This document shows positions 57,856 to 64,000 of a DNA stretch of 64,000 bases, one piece after another. Within the stretch, counting starts at the first letter, position 1. Each line of letters opens with the position of its first letter. A program made the translations under genes and the position numbers. Below the pieces are notes generated by a model. It was not told the origin of the DNA. It was given only the letters and a program-made list of their open reading frames with translations, and did not search any database. The stretch is from positions 4,682 through 68,681 of the forward strand of contig DASVNT010000065.1 in assembly GCA_036383715.1 (NCBI GenBank), given 5' to 3'. This DNA comes from Sphingobium sp. GTDB lineage: Bacteria > Pseudomonadota > Alphaproteobacteria > Sphingomonadales > Sphingomonadaceae.

Positions 57856-58404
57856 ATGGGCGTGGTGACGAACGAACCTTCGATGGAAGACATACTGTCC
57901 TCGATCAAGCGGATCATCGCTGACGGTTCGGACCGGACCGGCGCTGCGCCTCGCTCCTCCCGCCGCCGCACGGCCAGCCGCGACGAGAGCGATGACATGG
58001 ACATCGAAGTGGAGGAGCAGGACTCCGCCATATTGGAGCTGACCGACATGGTCGAAGAGTCCACACCCGCCGAAGACCCCGCGCCCACCCCCGAACCGGC
58101 GGTTACGCTGGCGCGCAAGGGCGGCGCAAAGGCCGCCGCGCAGCCGGAACCCGCCGCCGCCCCGCCTGTCTCCGCAGAGGAGCAGATTCTGTCCGACGTC
58201 AGCGCACAGGCCGCCCGCCAGTCGCTCAGCCAGTTGTCGTCGCTGCTGGTCCGCCCGCAGGAAGGCGAGGCCAACACCATCGAGGGACTGGTGCGCGAAA
58301 TGCTGCGCCCGATGCTGAAGGACTGGCTGGAGGCCCGGCTGCCGGAGCTGGTCGAATCGATGGTGAAGAAGGAAATCGACCGGATCGTCGGGCGACTCGG
58401 CTGA
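57856..58404 (+). CDS. popZ: Polar organizing protein PopZ (DUF2497)
   Basis: EPSMEDILSSIKRII N-terminal helix; acidic/Pro linker; TIEGLVREMLRPMLKDWL. Confidence 0.93.
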   Translation: MGVVTNEPSMEDILSSIKRIIADGSDRTGAAPRSSRRRTASRDESDDMDIEVEEQDSAILELTDMVEESTPAEDPAPTPEPAVTLARKGGAKAAAQPEPAAAPPVSAEEQILSDVSAQAARQSLSQLSSLLVRPQEGEANTIEGLVREMLRPMLKDWLEARLPELVESMVKKEIDRIVGRLG

Positions 58405-58428
58405 CGCTTTCGGTCAGCGCAGCCCCGT

Positions 58429-59655
58429 TCAGCGCAGCAGGGCCGCAATGTCGACCGGCCGGTCCGCGCGGCGCAACTCCATCGTGACCTGAGGCCGCAC
58501 GGCAGCGGTTATGCCCAGCGGATCGCCCTGCCGGACCGTCTCACCGACGGAAACGGACAGGCGGCGCATATGGGTGATGAGCGACGTCCAGCCCGCGCCA
58601 TGGTCGATGATGACGATATTGGCATAATCGCGAAACGGCCCCGCGAACGCGATCCGGCCATCGGCGGGCGCGACGACCGCAGCACCGGCGGCGGTACGGA
58701 TGGTCAGGCCACGCGACCGCACACCCGTATCCGACACTTCCCCAAAGCCGGAAACAATCTCCCCCACGACGGGCAGGCGATAGGTCGGCGTGCCCGCGCC
58801 CATCGGACGCAGGGACTGTGGCGGGAGGCGCGGCTCGCCCGGCTGCGCCGGACGGAGCACGGGACCGGGCAGGGCGGCCAGTTCCGCGCGCACGGTGCCT
58901 GCATCTTCCATGCGCTGCATCAGGTCGACAATGTCGCGCGCGTCCTCGCCCATGGCGATCGCCCGGTCCGACTCCATGGCGGCGGTATCGCGAAACTGGC
59001 GGGAGGCCACGCGCTTCTCCGCCTCCAGCCGCGCCAGTTGCGCGCGCCGCTCGGTCAGTTGCTGGCGGGAGGTGACGAGCGCCGCGCGGGCCAGTTCGGC
59101 GTCCCGGCGCAAGGCCCGGCTCTTGGCCAGTTCCCCGCGTAGACCCGCCGTGCGTTCAGCGATGATCGGCATGGCGCCGGCCAGCACCATCCGCATATGG
59201 ACCGCATCGGTGATTGATCCCGGCTGCAACAGGGAGAGTATCGGGGGACGGCGGGCGATGGACTGCAATCCGGCGGTCAATCGCGCAATCGGCGCCTGAC
59301 GCTCGGCCAGACGGCGCGCTTGCTGTCGCTGCAAGGCGGTGACGAGAGCGATGCGCGCCTGGCTGGAACGCAGGTCCGCCTCCGACTGCTGGATACGGGC
59401 GGCGACTGCGGCCGCCCGGTCGCGGGCGCGATCCGCCTCCTTCTCGGCCCCGGCAGCACGACGATCCAGCGCCTCGCTGCGCCGTTTCGCCTGATCGGCC
59501 TGTTGTCGTGCCTCGCGCAGGGCGCGTTGCTGCTCGGCCAGTCCGGGCGCAGTTTGTCCAGCACCGGCAAAGGACAGCAGGGCAAGGGAGGTCGCCGCGA
59601 CGGTCGCGCAGGCGACGATCCTGATCCTCCCGCCCCTGATCGCCCCCACCGCCAT
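58429..59655 (-). CDS. envC: Murein hydrolase activator EnvC (coiled coil + M23 domain)
   Basis: Long coiled coil; VVAPADGRIAFAGPFRDYANIVIIDHG. Confidence 0.88.
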   Translation of the reverse strand: MAVGAIRGGRIRIVACATVAATSLALLSFAGAGQTAPGLAEQQRALREARQQADQAKRRSEALDRRAAGAEKEADRARDRAAAVAARIQQSEADLRSSQARIALVTALQRQQARRLAERQAPIARLTAGLQSIARRPPILSLLQPGSITDAVHMRMVLAGAMPIIAERTAGLRGELAKSRALRRDAELARAALVTSRQQLTERRAQLARLEAEKRVASRQFRDTAAMESDRAIAMGEDARDIVDLMQRMEDAGTVRAELAALPGPVLRPAQPGEPRLPPQSLRPMGAGTPTYRLPVVGEIVSGFGEVSDTGVRSRGLTIRTAAGAAVVAPADGRIAFAGPFRDYANIVIIDHGAGWTSLITHMRRLSVSVGETVRQGDPLGITAAVRPQVTMELRRADRPVDIAALLR

Positions 59656-59659
59656 CGCG

Positions 59660-60085
59660 CTATCCTTCGCGATGATAGGGGTGATTGGCAAGGATGCTCG
59701 TCGCACGCCACAATTGTTCGGCCAGCATGGCCCGCGCCATCATATGCGGCCAGGTCATGCGGCCAAAGGCGATGAGGCGGTCGGCGCTCGACCGCTCCTC
59801 CGCGCTGAAGCCATCGGCGGCACCGATTTCAAACCGGCATTCCCGCCGCCCTTCGTCCCGCCAGCGGCCCAGCAGTTCGGCCAGTTGCATGGAGGTAAGC
59901 TGGTCGCCATGCTCATCGAGCAGGATGCGGGCGCTGTTGGCAGGGAGGGGCGGGATCTTGCCGCCCTTGTCGGGCAGTTCCGTGACCTTGAACGGCCAGT
60001 TCAGCCGCCCGGAATAGCGCGTGACCAGATCGGCCTCCGGCCCGCGCCCGATGCGCCCGCGCGCGAGGATGTGGAGCAGCATCAT
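59660..60085 (-). CDS. rlmH: 23S rRNA m3Psi1915 methyltransferase
   Basis: LLDEHG, IGAADG, TWPHMMARAMLAEQLWRA..ILANHPYHREG. Confidence 0.96.
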   Translation of the reverse strand: MMLLHILARGRIGRGPEADLVTRYSGRLNWPFKVTELPDKGGKIPPLPANSARILLDEHGDQLTSMQLAELLGRWRDEGRRECRFEIGAADGFSAEERSSADRLIAFGRMTWPHMMARAMLAEQLWRATSILANHPYHREG

Positions 60086-60117
60086 GGGCGCGGGGGCCCG
60101 ATTCCGTCAGGCGTTCT

Positions 60118-60516
60118 TCAGGCTTCGCCCGCCACCGGCGTATCCACAAAGCCCCACATGCGCTCCAGATTATAGAAGCTGCGGACTTCGGGCCGGAACA
60201 GGTGGACGATCACGTCGCCCGCGTCGATCAGCACCCAGTCGGCGACGGGCAGGCCCTCGATCCGGACGTTGACGCCATTCGCCTTTTTCACGCGCTCAGC
60301 GAGTTTCTGCGCCATGGCGGCGACCTGACGCGACGAGCGGCCCGATGCGATCACCATATAGTCGGCGATGCTGCTCTTGCCTTCGAGCGGGATGGAGATC
60401 ACCTCCTGCGCCTGATCGTCGTCCAGCGACTGGAGAACCGTGCGGTGCAGCGAATCGACCGATGCGGCAGGGGTAAAACCGGTTGCCGTGTCATTGGCGG
60501 GTTGCGGACTTTGCAA
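60118..60516 (-). CDS. rsfS: Ribosome silencing factor
   Basis: SIADYMVIASGRSSRQV, DWVLIDAGDVIVHLFRPEVRSFYNLERMW; TTG start with AAGGAG RBS. Confidence 0.96.
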   Translation of the reverse strand: MQSPQPANDTATGFTPAASVDSLHRTVLQSLDDDQAQEVISIPLEGKSSIADYMVIASGRSSRQVAAMAQKLAERVKKANGVNVRIEGLPVADWVLIDAGDVIVHLFRPEVRSFYNLERMWGFVDTPVAGEA

Positions 60517-60518
60517 TG

Positions 60519-61169
60519 TCACTCCTTTACGGGCAGTACGCGGTGCGTGACCACGTCCCGTAGTTGTTGATGGCGGTAAGGTTTTTGCCAGTGGGGATTC
60601 GCACGGCGAAGCTGGGTCGCCGATCGCGGGTCGGGGCGAAAGCGCAACTGCACAAGCGCCGGTGTTCTCCACTGCGTCCATCTTCCGCTCTGGTTTGCGC
60701 GCCGGACGAAACGCCGCAACCATGCCATGGCAGGGGTGCCATGGACGGCGTCATCATAACCCGGACGGGCAATAACTGCAATCGGCATAGTCCGCGCTAT
60801 GTCCCGCCAGTCCTTCCAGCGGTGAAACTGGCGCAAATTGTCGCCTCCCATGATCCAGATGAAGCGGATATGGGGATAACGCCGCCGGAGCGCGCGGAGG
60901 CTATCGACCGTGTAGCGCGTACCCAGATCGCGCTCGATCATGGTGGGGCGAATCCGCGCGCGGCGGGACGCGGACAGCGCGCTGGCATAGCGTATGGCAA
61001 GCGGCGCCATGCCCGCTTGCGGCTTGAGCGGATTGCCCGGCGACACCAGCCACCAGACTTCATCGAGGTTCAGCGCCTCCAGTGCCCGCAGCGCGATGAA
61101 GCGGTGGCCGCCATGGGCGGGGTTGAACGATCCCCCCATCAGGCCGACGGTGCGCGGCGGCAGCCTCAT
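60519..61169 (-). CDS. nadD: Nicotinate-nucleotide adenylyltransferase
   Basis: GGSFNPAHGGH, SPGNPLK, TRYT, WIMGGDN, SATQLR. Confidence 0.95.
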   Translation of the reverse strand: MRLPPRTVGLMGGSFNPAHGGHRFIALRALEALNLDEVWWLVSPGNPLKPQAGMAPLAIRYASALSASRRARIRPTMIERDLGTRYTVDSLRALRRRYPHIRFIWIMGGDNLRQFHRWKDWRDIARTMPIAVIARPGYDDAVHGTPAMAWLRRFVRRANQSGRWTQWRTPALVQLRFRPDPRSATQLRRANPHWQKPYRHQQLRDVVTHRVLPVKE

Positions 61170-62422
61170 CGGGCGACATCCCCATCCATGGCAATCTCCG
61201 CGGCCTGTTCCCGCTGAACTTCGTCATGATCGGGATGCGGCGGTGCAAAGCGCAGGAGAAGAAGGCCCGTCACGGCAGACAGCAACGATCCCGCAAGCAC
61301 GCCGATCTTGGCCTCTTCCACCAGCGCCGGATCGCCCGGAAAGGCGAGGCCGCCGATAAACAGGCTCATGGTGAAGCCGATACCGCACAGGATCGCCATC
61401 GCGTGCACCTGCAGCCAGGTCGCACCGCGTGGCCGTGCAGCCAGACCCAAAGCGACGGACAGTCGGATGGCGGCGAAAATTCCGGCCTGCTTGCCCAGAA
61501 ACAGCCCCGCCGCAATGCCGAGGGGAAGGGGGGAGAGCAGCGCGCGCGCCATGTCGGCGGGCAGCAGGACACCCGCATTGGCAAAGCCGAAGACCGGCAC
61601 GACCAGAAAGGAGGACCACGGGTGCAGGCCATGTTCCAGCCGGTGCAGCGTGCTGTCGGCGGCATCCGGCGCGCCCGGCGTCCTGCGAATCGGCACCGCC
61701 ATCGCGGCCAGCACGCCCGCCAGCGTCGCATGGACGCCCGACACCAGCACCGCGTACCACAGCAGCGCAAAACCGATCAGATAGGGCAGGGGCGCCCGCA
61801 CCCCCGCACGGTTCATCCCGAACATCCCCGCCCATATCGCCGCGGCCGCACCCAGTGCGACCAGATTGAGATGCTGGGTATAGGCGACCGCGATGATCGC
61901 GATCGCCCCCATGTCGTCCACTATGGCGATGGTGGTAAGGAGGAGGATCAGCGCGGTCGGCACCCGCTTGCCCAACAGCGCCAGCACGCCGATGGCAAAG
62001 GCGATATCCGTCGCCGCCGGAATCGCCCAGCCGCCTGCCAGACCGGCTTTCCCCTGTGCGAAGCCCAGATAGATCAGCGCCGGCACGCCCATTCCCGCCA
62101 CCGCCGCGATAAAGGGGAGGCGCCGCTGATCCCAATTGGCCAGCCGCCCGTCCACCCACTCCCGCTTGATCTCCAGCCCGACCACGAGGAAGAACAGCGC
62201 CATCAGCCCGTCGTTGATCCACAGATGCGCCGTCATCGGCCCAAGCTGCGACGTCAGTTCCGGCCCCATCGGCGCATGCAGCAGATGATGATACCAGTCC
62301 GCGCCACCCGGAACGGCGTTGACGATCAGCAGGGCAGCAATGCTCGCCGCGATCAGCAGGGCACCGCCCGCCGCCTGACTTTTCAGGAAGGCGCGCAGGA
62401 CGGAGGGCAGGGTGAGCGTCAC
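61166..62422 (-). CDS. nhaA: Na+/H+ antiporter NhaA
   Basis: WINDGLM, GLEIKRE, ATDIAFA, IVDD, GIGFTMSLFI. Confidence 0.97.
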   Translation of the reverse strand: MTLTLPSVLRAFLKSQAAGGALLIAASIAALLIVNAVPGGADWYHHLLHAPMGPELTSQLGPMTAHLWINDGLMALFFLVVGLEIKREWVDGRLANWDQRRLPFIAAVAGMGVPALIYLGFAQGKAGLAGGWAIPAATDIAFAIGVLALLGKRVPTALILLLTTIAIVDDMGAIAIIAVAYTQHLNLVALGAAAAIWAGMFGMNRAGVRAPLPYLIGFALLWYAVLVSGVHATLAGVLAAMAVPIRRTPGAPDAADSTLHRLEHGLHPWSSFLVVPVFGFANAGVLLPADMARALLSPLPLGIAAGLFLGKQAGIFAAIRLSVALGLAARPRGATWLQVHAMAILCGIGFTMSLFIGGLAFPGDPALVEEAKIGVLAGSLLSAVTGLLLLRFAPPHPDHDEVQREQAAEIAMDGDVAR

Positions 62423-62462
62423 ACCGTCCCTGCTACGGTGTCGCTACGCATCCCGCAACGGC
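62420..62462 (-). promoter_or_regulatory. Candidate cis-regulatory RNA/riboswitch in the nhaA leader
   Basis: Tandem hairpins CGUUGCG-GGAUG-CGUAGCG and ACACCGU-AGCAGGG-ACGGUGU; the second covers the RBS region and the GUG start. Confidence 0.55.
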
Positions 62463-62567
62463 TGGCATGGGTGGATTGGGGACTGTCTGGTTTTGAGGCT
62501 CAACGCTTCCATAGCGGACGGAAAGTCGAAGGGTCGCTTGGTCAAGTCATAATAATTGCAGCATCGC

Positions 62568-63131
62568 TTAATGCGAATGCGTTGCGTCGAAGCCTCTATA
62601 GAGAGGATAGTCGCGGATCGCACGAACAACGCTGGCTCCCGAACCTTTCAAAAGAATAAGATTGAATCCCAAACGACGATCGAAAATTCTGTTCACACGG
62701 CCATGGTAACGTTCTGGATTCTCTACGCTGAACATGAGGAATTCAGTGCCATTTGTGCGCCAGAGGTCTGCGGATTGGAGTTCCGACCAAGGAATTACTG
62801 TTTCGACCGCACGCCAAATGCGAATTCCTGAGGTATCTAACTTTACCAGCGGTTTCCCGAAGTCCCTCACATTTTTGTAAATCGCCGACAACCCGAAAGC
62901 AGCTAGGCATAGGCCAAGCAGGAATACCGATGCGATGAAAAAATCCGTCGATTTCACGGAATGAAGCGACGCCACCTCCAGACCAAACCCTGCCAAAACA
63001 AGCACCGATCCTAAAAAAATGGGCACCATTAGCCCGCCGCCGAAGACGGCCATTGTGGCGAGCATATACCAGCTTTTCACGAAGACGATGGTGGCGTTAG
63101 GTCGCAAAGACGGCTCGGTCTGGTCTGTCAC
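62568..63131 (-). CDS. Hypothetical membrane protein (two TMs plus small soluble domain), lower GC
   Basis: Two hydrophobic helices then KLDTSGI...IPWSEL; visibly AT-richer than its neighbours. Confidence 0.6.
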   Translation of the reverse strand: MTDQTEPSLRPNATIVFVKSWYMLATMAVFGGGLMVPIFLGSVLVLAGFGLEVASLHSVKSTDFFIASVFLLGLCLAAFGLSAIYKNVRDFGKPLVKLDTSGIRIWRAVETVIPWSELQSADLWRTNGTEFLMFSVENPERYHGRVNRIFDRRLGFNLILLKGSGASVVRAIRDYPLYRGFDATHSH

Positions 63132-63380
63132 GCCATCAGTTCCTCGCTCACCGTTATGGGATCAATCTTGTCCGCCATTGAGGATATTTCAATCTGAATT
63201 CAACATCCACAAATGGTCATTCCAGCCCGTCTCAATTTTTCGCCAACAATTGGAACATCCATCCCAATCCCCCACACCGTCGGCCCAACGAACGGGGCGC
63301 CATGCCTCAGCGGCCACCGACCCACCCGCGCCCCCATCTGCCCGCTGGACTTGACCCGGCGGAGCGACGATAGGCACGCC

Positions 63381-64000
63381 ATGGCCTCCCGCCCACCGCA
63401 ATCCCTGCCCGTGCCCTTTGCCGTGGCCTGCCTCGGCATCGCGCTTTTCTCGGCGATGGATACGGTGATGAAGCAGCTCGCCATCGATATCGGCTCCTAT
63501 AATGCGATGCTGTGGCGGACGGGTCTGTCGCTGGTCGTGCTGGTGCCGGTGTTCTGCCTGCGTGGTGGCCGCTGGCCTCGGCGGGAGGTGCTGGGCCTGC
63601 ATTGCCTCCGCGGAGCCTGCCTCGCCGTGTCGCTCGTGCTGTTCTTCTGGGGGTTGGCGCGGGTGCCCATGGCGCAAGGGGTTGCGTTGACCTTCATCGC
63701 GCCGCTGATCGCTCTGGGCCTCGCCGCGCTGATCCTGAAGGAGAAAATCGGCCCGTCTGTGGCGGGGGCTTCCGTCATCGCCTTTGGCGGCGTGATCGTC
63801 ATATTGGCCGTCCAGCCCCATGGCGCACCGGGTACGGGCGACTGGCGCGCGCCCGCCGCCATCCTGATCGCGGCCTTTTTCTATGCCATCGGGACGGTTC
63901 TCTCCCGCCCGCTGGCACAGCGCGCCTCCCCGCTGGAGATGGCGTTGTTCTTCAACATCGTGGCGGCGGGCCTCTGCCTGCTCGGCGTGCCGTGGTTCGC
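63381..64000 (+). CDS. DMT/EamA family transporter, runs off the window end
   Basis: Manual translation: MASRPPQSLPVPFAVACLGIALFSAMDTVMKQL...FFWGLARVPMAQGVALTFIAPL...ILKEKI. Confidence 0.88.
   Translation, partial: MASRPPQSLPVPFAVACLGIALFSAMDTVMKQLAIDIGSYNAMLWRTGLSLVVLVPVFCLRGGRWPRREVLGLHCLRGACLAVSLVLFFWGLARVPMAQGVALTFIAPLIALGLAALILKEKIGPSVAGASVIAFGGVIVILAVQPHGAPGTGDWRAPAAILIAAFFYAIGTVLSRPLAQRASPLEMALFFNIVAAGLCLLGVPWF

Noticed and set aside
1-64000. CRISPR array, rRNA or intact IS element
   Set aside because: I saw no regularly spaced repeats, rRNA-like sequence or transposase ORF on reading the window

Overview
GC-rich alphaproteobacterial chromosome segment, almost certainly a sphingomonad: it carries an spt-acp sphingolipid locus, popZ, three TonB-dependent receptors and tamAB. 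Most of the window is core or metabolic genes (spt, acp, cerR-like reductase, proB, obgE, fpr, tamAB, prlC, pcm, popZ, envC, rlmH, rsfS, nadD, nhaA). Three iron-type loci share a Fur-like box. The clearest accessory feature is a ~10.3 kb island integrated at tRNA-Cys (46493-56832), bounded by an exact 16-bp direct repeat of the tRNA 3' end. Its mobility genes (integrase, HK97 protease, portal, RepA, ParD, AAA ATPase) are broken fragments, but a six-gene lipid-linked glycosylation cassette (GT2, methyltransferase, GtrA, three GT-C-like membrane proteins) is intact. Other candidates for undescribed biology are an orphan Pycsar-effector-like membrane gene inside the sphingolipid locus, a LysR-linked Cys-form UGSC two-gene redox module, a two-hairpin leader occluding the nhaA start, and an 11-bp-phased pho-box-like array upstream of a TonB receptor. 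All family assignments come from motif recognition by eye; no database searches were run.
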